A stretch of DNA of 38,022 nt, from the IMG/VR virus record IMGVR_UViG_3300047275_000500, positions 1-38,022 of that record. One strand, written 5' to 3'. Within the stretch, counting starts at the first letter, position 1. Each line of letters starts with the position of its first letter. This stretch comes from a virus. Its lineage: Duplodnaviria > Caudoviricetes. The notes below the pieces were generated by a model. That model was not told the origin of the DNA. It made no database searches and worked only from the letters and a program-made list of their open reading frames with translations. Position numbers and translations under genes: made by a program. Below, piece by piece: positions 26,409-36,140 of the stretch.

Positions 26409-29400
26409 TTGGCTGATGATGTAAGCGCAAATATTAATGTCAATTTTGACACACGTGATGCGCTAAGACAGTTAAGAGCGTTACAGGCTCAATTAAGCCG
26501 ATTTAATCAGGCTTTAACTCAGGGCAACCTTGCAGCAGTCAATGCTCAAAAGGGTTTAACTGATCAACTCATACAGTCAATCAATGCCACTGGTAAATTT
26601 GTTGCATCTCAAAAAGAGATATCTACTAGTACCAAATCTTTTACAGATGCTCTAGAAAAAAATAAACTATCTCTTAAAGAGTATTTTAGATATACGGCTG
26701 CTGCAGCAACTGCTGATACAAAAACATTTACAAGGGCTTTTGCTGCTGAGAGAGAAGTACTAAACCGTGCTCGTAAAGATCGTGTTAAATTACTTCAGTC
26801 TCAGTATATTCAATTAACAAATGCTAATGGTGAGTTAGTAAAGGTTCTTCAGGTTGTTCCAAAACATCTTGAAATGACTAATGGTAAGTATGCGGACTAC
26901 GCCACTAGAGTGCAGATGGCTGCACAAAGACAGCAATTTCTTAATCAGTTATTAAAGCAAGGCTCCACACAACTTCTAAACTTCGGTAAGAATACACAGT
27001 GGGCTGGTCGTCAGTTGATGGTTGGTCTAACTATTCCTTTAACAATGATGGGCACTGCTGCATCCAGAGCATTTATGGACATGGAGCAGGCAGTTATTAA
27101 GTTTTCAAGAGTTTATGGAGACATGCTCACATCTACTGAATCAACTGATAAAGCAATTCAAAATGTTAAAAGACTGGGAATGGAGTTTACCAAATATGGA
27201 ATTGCAGTTAAAGATACTGTTGAGTTGGCATCACAGGCAGCAGCAATGGGTCTTGTTGGAGATGCTCTTGAAGCACAAGTAAGACAAGCAACTAGATTGT
27301 CTGTTCTTGGACAAGTAGAGCAGCAACAAGCACTTGAAACAACAATATCTTTACAGAATGCCTTTGGAATATCTAGCGAACAATTGGCACAAAAAATTAA
27401 CTTTCTTAACGCAGTAGAAAACCAGACAGTATTATCTATTGAAGACTTAACAGTAGCAATTCCAAAGGCTGGACCAGTTGTAAAGCAACTTGGTGGATCT
27501 GTAGAAGATCTTGCATTCTTTATGACAGCAATGAAGGAAGGTGGAATTAATGCATCAGAAGGTGCTAACGCACTCAAGTCTGGTTTAGCATCTTTAATTA
27601 ATCCATCAAAGAAAGCAAGCGAATTCTTAGCAGGACTTGGAATTAATATCAAGGGGCTAGTAGAAGCAAATGCTGGCGATCTTAAGGGTACTGTTGTAGG
27701 ATTTGCTAGAGCGTTAGACACATTAGATCCATTAAATCGTGCTCGTGCTATTGAGCAATTGTTTGGTAAGTTCCAGTTTGCCCGTTTGTCTACACTGTTC
27801 CAAAATGTTTCTAAAGGTGGAACACAGGCAGCGAGAGCATTTGACTTGGCTGGAGCATCTGTAGAAGAATTAGCAATCCTTTCTGAGCGAGAATTAGCAA
27901 AGGTTGAAAATGCTGTTGGCGTTAAGTTTAAGAAAACCTTAGAGCAATTAAAGGTTGAATTAGTTCCAGTAGGAAAAGCATTTTTAGAAGCAGTCACACC
28001 TATCGTAAAGTTTGTTGGAGATATTCTTAAAAAGTTTAATGGTTTAAGCGATGGAACAAAAAAGATAGTAACTGTTATTACTGGTGTGCTTGGTGTTATT
28101 GCTCCTGTAGCGCTTATGTCTATAGGTCTTGTAGCCAATGGTATTGCAAACTTAATTAAGTTTTTTGCAATGCTTCGTGGGGGCATGGCGAAACTCAATG
28201 GTCAGAATCAGGTACTTGGCGGTGGCTTTGATTATTTAACTCAGCAAGAAATTGAAAATCTTGCAGAAACAAATGCACTTCATACATCTCATAAAAATTT
28301 AATAGCAACATTTAATGTTGAGGCCTCGGCAGCAGATGCTTTAGCAAGAGCATATGCTAATGCTACATCACAGGCAAGAGCACTAGCAGCATCTTCTCCA
28401 GGATTGTTTAATGTTTCTCCAGGAGTAAAGTCTGTAACACCTCCAAAGGTTCCAGGGTATAAAGATGGTGTCTTTAGTGTTCCAGGAACTGGTAGTGGAG
28501 ACAAGGTTCCAGCAATGCTTGAGCCAGGAGAGACAGTTGTATCTAAAGATAATACACAGAAGTATGGTCCGCTACTTGAGGCAATTGCAACAGATAGTGT
28601 GCCAGGATATAGAAGAGGTAGAGTTGGAGATGTAACCCAATCTGATATAGACTTTACAAGATCTAGCGTAGTCCCTGGAACAACAGCAGAGACTTATATT
28701 CTTGCAGAATTTAAGCGTATTAGAGAAATGACCGTGACAGAACTTTCTGCATATGCAGAAAGAACTGGAGTTGTTCTAAAGGATACAACTCAGGAATCTC
28801 TAGAGGGTGTTAGGGAAACAATTATTAAAGAACTGCAAAGCATTGTAGAAGAAGCAAAGGCTGCAGTTGCTGATGGAGCAATATCTTCTGAGTCTGAAGC
28901 AAGAAAACTAGTTTCTACTATAGGTAAAAGGTTTGACCCAGAAAAGGGTTATAGCAGAATGGGTGCTGCTTTCCCACAATTTGATCAGCAAGAAAGAAGA
29001 CAATACTCACATGTTGGTGGAGGAACAGTAACTAATCTTGAAGGGTTAGATCAACTAGTATTAGATGATAAGACTAGAAAAGGCATAGAAGTACTCAAGA
29101 AGGTCGGCGGATTTGAAGATTCTGACTTTAGAGTAATGAGTGCCTATGGATATGATCTTAAGGGAACTTACAACCAAGCAGCAGGTAAACTTGGTCAAGG
29201 TAAGATGCCTAAACTTGCTAAGGACTTGGGTACTGAAGGATTTAATGCTGGATTTTTGGATGAGTGGACAAAAGATACTTCTGAGAAATGGCGTACCACA
29301 TTTGATATGGTCGCAAAAGATGGTAAGGGTTTTGAGCACTTAAAGGTTGCTGTTGAGCAATTTGATAAAGATATAGCAAGTGAGTTATCAACATGGATAA

Positions 29401-32400
29401 CAAATAATCCTAATGAGTTTGTTGATGATAATGTTGTTAGAGAAATAGCAGCAAATGTTGAAGCAAAACTTAAGACAAGCACAGATTCTCTTAGCCAAGA
29501 GTTGTATGCTGCAATACAAAGAGCAAAAGATACAGTAACTGCAATTAGATTTAGCGCAACAAAAGAACAAAGTGTTAAATTAAATGAGGCTGGAATAGAG
29601 GCTGGACTCCCTAAAGAATATTTCGATAAGCCAACTTCTGCAAAAATAGGTCCTGAAGCAAGAACGGCAACAGCAACAAAGGGTTCTGGAATTTTATCAA
29701 TGGAAGAATCTGTTGCAGAACAAGTAAGCAAAGATCTAACAGAAGCAGAAAGAATCGCAGAAACAAATTCACCATCTAAGAGAACTGAAAGACTTGGAAA
29801 AGATATTGGCGACGGCTTAGTTGAAGGCCTACAGCAAAAAGAAGCAGAGGTTAAGTCTCAAGCAGATAGATTGGCTGAGGCTGGTGTTCCAAGAAGAACT
29901 GCTGCAGAAACACAAGCAAGAGTAAGTAAGATGGACTTAACCAACAAGGCATTTTATGATGATTTAAATACTCCAGAAAATAGAGATATCAGACAAGTAC
30001 TAAAGTCTCAAGACAGACAAAGAAGAAAGCGTGGCGTTGGCAAGGGCAATCTTCCATTAATCGATGACAAGAAAGTTAAAGCATCCACAGCATCTATTAG
30101 AGTTTCTACAAAAAATATTGAAGAAAATACAAAGGTTATTGATGCTGCTACAGAGGAAACCGCACAGGCACATTCAGAGGTTGCTGCTACAGTAAGAGAT
30201 AATAGAGATATCAATATTAAGATTAAGGGTAATGAGATTAATATTGCAGACTCAACAGAAGATCAGGCACAGACACAAGATCAAATAAATGCTGCAAAGC
30301 AAGAACAGTTGGCTGCCACAGAAAACGGAAACAATGTAACAAATCAAACTACTACTACGATGACAGATGTCAGAGAAGAATCACAACAAACTGCTGATAT
30401 CTTAGAGCGTACAAATGAAGACTTGATCACGCAAGAAAGACTTGCTGATGCTATTGCACAAACTGAACAAGAAAGAGCAACAACGCTAGAGCAAACCCAA
30501 AGTCTTGAACAACAAACATTACAGCAAAAAGAAAAAGAATTGGCTGCTGCTACAGCAAATGCACAACAAGAAATGTCAGACGCATCAAACAATATGCCAC
30601 CTGGATTATTGACACAATCACAAGCATTAGATGAAGCAAGTGATTTTGCTAGAGATGAAAATGGTCAAATAGTCATGGGTCAAGACGGACCTATGAGCAA
30701 GAAGCAATACAAGCAAATGAAGCGTGGTATGAGAAGAGAAAAGGCTCAGAGATTTTCTGGCAAGGCTTCAGGTGCGCTTGGTATGGCAACTGTTGCAGCA
30801 GGAGTTCTAGGCGCTCCTCCTCAAGTTACTGCAGCACTTGGTGGCGCAAGTATGGTTGCTCAGTTTGCACCAATGCTTGCTGGTATGGGTCCAATTGGTT
30901 GGACAGTAACTGCTCTTACTGCACTAGGTGCTGGCGCTTACATGCTTAATCAACACTTTAATAAAATGGCTGCAGAGGCTGCTAAGTTTGTAACTGCTAC
31001 ATCTGCCACAAGAGAATCCATGAAGAAGATGGGTCAGTTAACTGGAAAAGTTGGCTCATCTGAAATTATGGATAAGAGAAGACAAGGGTCTCAGTATACT
31101 AAATATAATGAATCACTAAAGATTAATGACACCTTTGGTAAAAAGTTTTTATCAGACCAATACGGCCAAGAAGAACTTGCAACATTTAGGAAAAATATAC
31201 AGCAGTTCAATGCAGAAAAGGCTACAGCAGATTTAGCATTAAAGTTGGCTGCTCAGGTAGCGGATGGAGTTTTAACAGAGCCACAGGCAGCAAGTATTGC
31301 ACACGCTATGGCGCTACAACTTGGAGATCAAACTTTAGAGATGCAAATTGCTGGTAAGGTTAGAACTCTTGTCGGTCCAAATGGAGAAAAGTTAGAAAAG
31401 GAACCTTTAAATACCAGAATTAATCTTATTGCAAATGCTAGAGGTAGAAGCGAAAAGATAAGACAAAATATTGAGTCTGGTAAGTATGATCAGAATCAAA
31501 GAAAAGATATAGCAAGTTTAGCATCATATGCTATGAACAATGTTGAACTTGCTCAAATGCAAGCAGATGCTGTTGCTCTTGAGCACGATGAAGCAAAGAA
31601 AAAATTAGAAACAGAGATAGCATCAACTACTAATCTTCAGAAAAAGGTCAAGTTAGAAAGCGATCTACAGACTTTGTTGGCAAACCAAGCAAAAGAAACA
31701 ACAAAGATGAATAATATTATTCTTGCTCAAATATATCAGGCAGAGCAAGACTTTAGACGAGTTCAAAGTAATAGCGTTTTAGGTGCTCAAGCAAATCGTG
31801 AAGACGCATTTTTTGATGCATCAAGAACAAATGTTTCTGAAGCATATAAGGGAACAGAATATGAGAATGCTGCTAAGAAGTTTTTAGAAACAACCAAGGG
31901 CATTGGCGTAACAACATATAATGATAGACGTGGCTCATATGATCCTACTGGTTTTAAAAATGAAGCAGATGCACAAACATTCCAGGCAAAAATGCAGATG
32001 CTGGTTGGAAGCAAGGTGCTTAATCCAGAAGAAGCAAATAACTGGATGCGTATGTTTAAGGGAGAATTAAATAAACTAGATGTATTGATTAATGCAGGAA
32101 TTAGATTACAGGGCGCAGGCAAAACAAAAGAATTATTTAATCTCCTTTCTGGATTTAAGAATAGAGCGTTAGCAAAAGAAATTGCTACAGACATGATATT
32201 AAGGAAAAAGGATCCAGCAGCCTTTGATGCCTCTATGGAAGCCCTAAATAACCTAAAGTCTCTAGATGGTTTGACAATTGATATGGAAGTTGTTTTAAAA
32301 ACAGTTGGCCTAGAGGGAGTCCAGAAGCAAATGGAGGACATCGAAGCATTTAAAAAGAAATTAGGTAAAGAAAAGTTTGCTGATGAAAAGGGTGGCACAG

Positions 32401-35400
32401 CAGGGCTTGATCAGTTTGGAAAAGAAAATCCACAACTCTCTGGTGCTGTTGAGGCTCTTAAAGCAAATCAAGAAAGAATGGATCAGTTTAGAAAACTTGA
32501 CGCAGAGGGGCAGACAGAATACTTACAAAAACTTGCTGCTGGTATAGCCTATGAAGCAAACCTAAATAAAGATCAGTTTGAGGCTGATGCTGCTAAGTGG
32601 GCAAATATTCAGTTATACATGGATGAAAGATATAAAGATCTTGTCATTGGTAGCGCACAGTGGGAAGCAGCACGACAGAATTTGATAAAGGAATATAAGG
32701 GTAAAGATGCAGCAGCAAGAGCAGTAGTAAATCTTGATCCAGTAATATCTGCTAATATTCCAAACAAAGATGGCGGAGCAACACCTCCTGCAGGCGGTAC
32801 AGGAAGTAATCCATTAGACTTCCTTGATGCATTAGCAATGAGAATTAAGAATGTTCGTGATGGCGCCTTTGATGCAACAACTCCTCTCAAGTCAATGATT
32901 GCTGCATTTAATACTAAGAAGGCACAAAAAGACATATCTAAGATGTTTACTATGTTTGATGGTTTACAGCAAAGATTATTAAAGTTTAAGGCCCCTAAAG
33001 AATTTAGAGATATGATTTATGGAATGTCTTCTGAAGATTTTAGTAAATTGGCTAACCTTAAGGGAGATAAGCAACTATTTACATTTGCTAAAGGTAAGCC
33101 TAGAACAAAGGCTAACATAACTGGTTTGACTAAGAGCGGTAAGGCTGTAATGCAAACATACCGAGAAGCAGATGTCGGAGATTATGCATTCCAGCAGGGC
33201 GATGAAGCATTACAAAATGTTAAAGATCAGCAGACAGCATATAACATGTTAACAAAGTCTGGCATGGATGCCAAGGATGCGCTAAAGACTATTGAAGACC
33301 AAGCAGTTGCTTCTGCTATTGCAGCAGGTGCTTTGGGTAAATCTGGGTCTGCTGAGATGGCATTATTTACTAAAAAAATCAAAGAGGCAAATGATGCACT
33401 TGAGTATCAAGCAGTTATGACTGACTTGATTGCAAAAAATGCTGACTTTGAACTATATAAGAGAATGCCACAGTTGGCATCATCAATGACAGCAATGGGT
33501 CTTTCTGCGGATCAAATGGCTGCCGTGTTAGATAATCCAGAACTTGCAAAGGTATTAGTCGAAGATCTTAAGGATGGAAAGATTGATGCAAAGGCAATAT
33601 CAGATTATCTAAACTCAATTGAAGAAAAGAAAGTTATTGATATTCAGATTAAAATGAATCAAAAAGACTATGCTGAGGCTGCAGCACAGGGTAGAGATGT
33701 CGTTGACCAAATGTTTGATATTCAAGAAAGATTAATCAGAACAGGTGCAGATCCAAGAAGCACAGGTATGGTTGATAAGATGAAGGCAAACACAAAAGAG
33801 ATTAAGGCTGCAGAAACTGCTGCAAGAGCATTTAGAAAACAGATTGATGACATTAATGAAGAAATTTCAAAGATGCAGCGTGAGATTGAAATTAATTACA
33901 CTCGACCTATTGAGGATATGACCGAAAAGACCAACGACCTTGGTAGATCATTAGAAGTTGGTGGAGAGTATCAAATTGGCAACAAGAAGATGACTCTTGA
34001 CTTTAAGTTAAGTAACAGATACATGGAACAACTTAATGCAGAGTCTACAAAACTTTCTAATGACTTAACAATTATTGGACATCAGTCGGATCAGATTAAT
34101 GAAAAATATGATAAGCAGGTTGAGGCTTTAACTAAGGTTAATCAGATTAACTCTGAAATATCTAAGCAACAACAGAATCAACTAGGTTTGGCAGATGCGC
34201 TTTCTCAAGGTGACATTGCAGCAGCAGCCCGTGCAGCACAACAGAGTAGGGCAGACTCTATTTCACTTGCTGGAGACCAGGCAATGGCTGCTCTTGAGGC
34301 TGGCAGAAAGAACGAACTTGATGCACTTGTTGGAGCAGAGAGCGGATTAACCAAGGATCAAATTAACGAAAGACAGTATCAAATACAACAAGAACTTTAT
34401 CGAATTGAAACAAGTCCAGAACGTCTTGCTATTAAGGCAGAGGTCCTAAGACTTGAGGATGAGATTTATAGACTTGGCGAGTTGCGTGAAGAATCATTGC
34501 TAAGAATTAGAGATAAAGAAGATGAAATTTATAAGATTCAAGAGACTCAGTTAAAGCCACTAGAAAAAAAGATTGAAAATCTTACTTATGAAAATCAACT
34601 TCTTCAGGATCAGATTGATGCACTAGTTGAACAAATAACAGTTCTTGGAATGAATAAGGATGAGTGGGAAAGAGTAAAGGCAAAGATTGATGCGTCTGCT
34701 CTAGCAGCAAAAGACTTTAGTACAGCACTTGCTGGATTGCTTGCAGCAGTTCAAAGCATTAATTCAGCATGGGATGCTACACTTGCCAAGATTCAATCTT
34801 ATTCATCTTTAACATCTGGAACAACTGCTCCAATTGTTGCTCAGGCAGAAAAAATAATTGAGACCGCAAAGAAAGATGAGGCAGACGCTACCGCTAAGAT
34901 TGATGCTGCTAAAACACTGACAGATGCAAAAGAATATGTTGCTCAATTAAATGCAGAGGCAAAGAAGGCAAGTGGACAAAACTATACATCAGATGCTCAG
35001 ATGGATAGAGCACTGGCTGCAGCAGATAGCAAGTATGGAACAAACCTATATGGCGGAACATCAAGAATAACACCAATTGTAGATGAGCAAACAAAATTGG
35101 CTGGAATGAGGGCTGCTGCAGCATCAGTAACGCCAAAGCCAACATATACTGGGTTTAGAATTAATGATCGCTCGACTGGCGGATTAATTAAATATATGGC
35201 AAAGGGTGGATTATTCCGACCAATAAACACCGACACGGTTCCAGCAATGCTTACACCTGGTGAGTTTATTATGAGTAGATACGCAGTTAATTCATATGGA
35301 TTAGATAAGATGAAGGCCATTAATAATGGAGATCCAGTAGGCGACTCAGTGTATAATTATAGTATTAGCGTTAATGTTCAATCTGATGCAAACCCTGACG

Positions 35401-35471
35401 AAATTGCAAGGGTAGTTATGAATCAGATTAGACAAGTGGATTCAAAGAGACTAAGAGGAGCAGTTATATAA
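26409..35471 (+). CDS. Tape measure protein (3020 aa)
   Basis: Very long Ala/Gln/Lys-rich helical ORF with a TP901-like core (EGGINASEGANALKSGL, AIEQLFGK), hydrophobic segments and a C-terminal DTVPAMLTPGEF motif. Confidence 0.92.
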   Translation: MADDVSANINVNFDTRDALRQLRALQAQLSRFNQALTQGNLAAVNAQKGLTDQLIQSINATGKFVASQKEISTSTKSFTDALEKNKLSLKEYFRYTAAAATADTKTFTRAFAAEREVLNRARKDRVKLLQSQYIQLTNANGELVKVLQVVPKHLEMTNGKYADYATRVQMAAQRQQFLNQLLKQGSTQLLNFGKNTQWAGRQLMVGLTIPLTMMGTAASRAFMDMEQAVIKFSRVYGDMLTSTESTDKAIQNVKRLGMEFTKYGIAVKDTVELASQAAAMGLVGDALEAQVRQATRLSVLGQVEQQQALETTISLQNAFGISSEQLAQKINFLNAVENQTVLSIEDLTVAIPKAGPVVKQLGGSVEDLAFFMTAMKEGGINASEGANALKSGLASLINPSKKASEFLAGLGINIKGLVEANAGDLKGTVVGFARALDTLDPLNRARAIEQLFGKFQFARLSTLFQNVSKGGTQAARAFDLAGASVEELAILSERELAKVENAVGVKFKKTLEQLKVELVPVGKAFLEAVTPIVKFVGDILKKFNGLSDGTKKIVTVITGVLGVIAPVALMSIGLVANGIANLIKFFAMLRGGMAKLNGQNQVLGGGFDYLTQQEIENLAETNALHTSHKNLIATFNVEASAADALARAYANATSQARALAASSPGLFNVSPGVKSVTPPKVPGYKDGVFSVPGTGSGDKVPAMLEPGETVVSKDNTQKYGPLLEAIATDSVPGYRRGRVGDVTQSDIDFTRSSVVPGTTAETYILAEFKRIREMTVTELSAYAERTGVVLKDTTQESLEGVRETIIKELQSIVEEAKAAVADGAISSESEARKLVSTIGKRFDPEKGYSRMGAAFPQFDQQERRQYSHVGGGTVTNLEGLDQLVLDDKTRKGIEVLKKVGGFEDSDFRVMSAYGYDLKGTYNQAAGKLGQGKMPKLAKDLGTEGFNAGFLDEWTKDTSEKWRTTFDMVAKDGKGFEHLKVAVEQFDKDIASELSTWITNNPNEFVDDNVVREIAANVEAKLKTSTDSLSQELYAAIQRAKDTVTAIRFSATKEQSVKLNEAGIEAGLPKEYFDKPTSAKIGPEARTATATKGSGILSMEESVAEQVSKDLTEAERIAETNSPSKRTERLGKDIGDGLVEGLQQKEAEVKSQADRLAEAGVPRRTAAETQARVSKMDLTNKAFYDDLNTPENRDIRQVLKSQDRQRRKRGVGKGNLPLIDDKKVKASTASIRVSTKNIEENTKVIDAATEETAQAHSEVAATVRDNRDINIKIKGNEINIADSTEDQAQTQDQINAAKQEQLAATENGNNVTNQTTTTMTDVREESQQTADILERTNEDLITQERLADAIAQTEQERATTLEQTQSLEQQTLQQKEKELAAATANAQQEMSDASNNMPPGLLTQSQALDEASDFARDENGQIVMGQDGPMSKKQYKQMKRGMRREKAQRFSGKASGALGMATVAAGVLGAPPQVTAALGGASMVAQFAPMLAGMGPIGWTVTALTALGAGAYMLNQHFNKMAAEAAKFVTATSATRESMKKMGQLTGKVGSSEIMDKRRQGSQYTKYNESLKINDTFGKKFLSDQYGQEELATFRKNIQQFNAEKATADLALKLAAQVADGVLTEPQAASIAHAMALQLGDQTLEMQIAGKVRTLVGPNGEKLEKEPLNTRINLIANARGRSEKIRQNIESGKYDQNQRKDIASLASYAMNNVELAQMQADAVALEHDEAKKKLETEIASTTNLQKKVKLESDLQTLLANQAKETTKMNNIILAQIYQAEQDFRRVQSNSVLGAQANREDAFFDASRTNVSEAYKGTEYENAAKKFLETTKGIGVTTYNDRRGSYDPTGFKNEADAQTFQAKMQMLVGSKVLNPEEANNWMRMFKGELNKLDVLINAGIRLQGAGKTKELFNLLSGFKNRALAKEIATDMILRKKDPAAFDASMEALNNLKSLDGLTIDMEVVLKTVGLEGVQKQMEDIEAFKKKLGKEKFADEKGGTAGLDQFGKENPQLSGAVEALKANQERMDQFRKLDAEGQTEYLQKLAAGIAYEANLNKDQFEADAAKWANIQLYMDERYKDLVIGSAQWEAARQNLIKEYKGKDAAARAVVNLDPVISANIPNKDGGATPPAGGTGSNPLDFLDALAMRIKNVRDGAFDATTPLKSMIAAFNTKKAQKDISKMFTMFDGLQQRLLKFKAPKEFRDMIYGMSSEDFSKLANLKGDKQLFTFAKGKPRTKANITGLTKSGKAVMQTYREADVGDYAFQQGDEALQNVKDQQTAYNMLTKSGMDAKDALKTIEDQAVASAIAAGALGKSGSAEMALFTKKIKEANDALEYQAVMTDLIAKNADFELYKRMPQLASSMTAMGLSADQMAAVLDNPELAKVLVEDLKDGKIDAKAISDYLNSIEEKKVIDIQIKMNQKDYAEAAAQGRDVVDQMFDIQERLIRTGADPRSTGMVDKMKANTKEIKAAETAARAFRKQIDDINEEISKMQREIEINYTRPIEDMTEKTNDLGRSLEVGGEYQIGNKKMTLDFKLSNRYMEQLNAESTKLSNDLTIIGHQSDQINEKYDKQVEALTKVNQINSEISKQQQNQLGLADALSQGDIAAAARAAQQSRADSISLAGDQAMAALEAGRKNELDALVGAESGLTKDQINERQYQIQQELYRIETSPERLAIKAEVLRLEDEIYRLGELREESLLRIRDKEDEIYKIQETQLKPLEKKIENLTYENQLLQDQIDALVEQITVLGMNKDEWERVKAKIDASALAAKDFSTALAGLLAAVQSINSAWDATLAKIQSYSSLTSGTTAPIVAQAEKIIETAKKDEADATAKIDAAKTLTDAKEYVAQLNAEAKKASGQNYTSDAQMDRALAAADSKYGTNLYGGTSRITPIVDEQTKLAGMRAAAASVTPKPTYTGFRINDRSTGGLIKYMAKGGLFRPINTDTVPAMLTPGEFIMSRYAVNSYGLDKMKAINNGDPVGDSVYNYSISVNVQSDANPDEIARVVMNQIRQVDSKRLRGAVI

Positions 35472-36139
35472 TGTCAACAGTACCATATATGTCAGGTAGG
35501 AAAAAATACCAAAGACCACAAGCAATGCTATGGTCTGACAATTCTGGTACTTTAGTAGAAGATCCTAACAGCACAACAATCCCAAAAGAAAAGTTTTATG
35601 TTCCTAATGGTTTGGAAATTGGGCAAGACCCAGGAGAAGAGTCTAACCCAACAGCATTTGATCAATTTTTAATTTTGTCTGATGACAATAGACAGCCACT
35701 TTCATTTTCAACTAACCGCATAGAGGTAAAGCAAAGAATGATTAATGGTAGAATGCGTTCATATCATGTTGCTGATAAACTAACATTGTCCACATCGTGG
35801 GAAAAGTTGCCATCAAGATCATTTGATGCCCCTGGATATTTTAATCCAGTAACTGGAAAACCAGCACCAGCGTCTTTGGTCGGAACACAGTATACAACTG
35901 ATGGTGGAGCAGGAGGAGTAGAACTTCTAGATTGGTATGAAAGTCATCAGGGTCCATTCTGGGTATATCTTGCATATGACAAATATTCTAACTTCCAAAA
36001 ATATGATAACTCGTATGGGCACCTAACTCAATACAACCAATTAATACAGATGTATTTTACTAACTTTACATATTCTGTTGAAAAGCGTGGTCCTGATTTT
36101 GATTTTTGGAATATTCAACTAACGCTAGAAGAGGTTTAG
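35471..36139 (+). CDS. Putative distal tail protein
   Basis: Directly follows the tape measure. It has RMINGRMRSY and a C-terminal WNIQLTLEEV beta-strand motif. Confidence 0.6.
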   Translation: MSTVPYMSGRKKYQRPQAMLWSDNSGTLVEDPNSTTIPKEKFYVPNGLEIGQDPGEESNPTAFDQFLILSDDNRQPLSFSTNRIEVKQRMINGRMRSYHVADKLTLSTSWEKLPSRSFDAPGYFNPVTGKPAPASLVGTQYTTDGGAGGVELLDWYESHQGPFWVYLAYDKYSNFQKYDNSYGHLTQYNQLIQMYFTNFTYSVEKRGPDFDFWNIQLTLEEV

Positions 36140-36140
36140 T

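Noticed and set aside
27158-35320. Long minus-strand ORFs within the tape measure (for example 346 aa at 27158-28198), and similar ones inside the fibre, protease and capsid genes
   Set aside because: They are antisense shadows caused by codon bias, with no motifs or translation signals.
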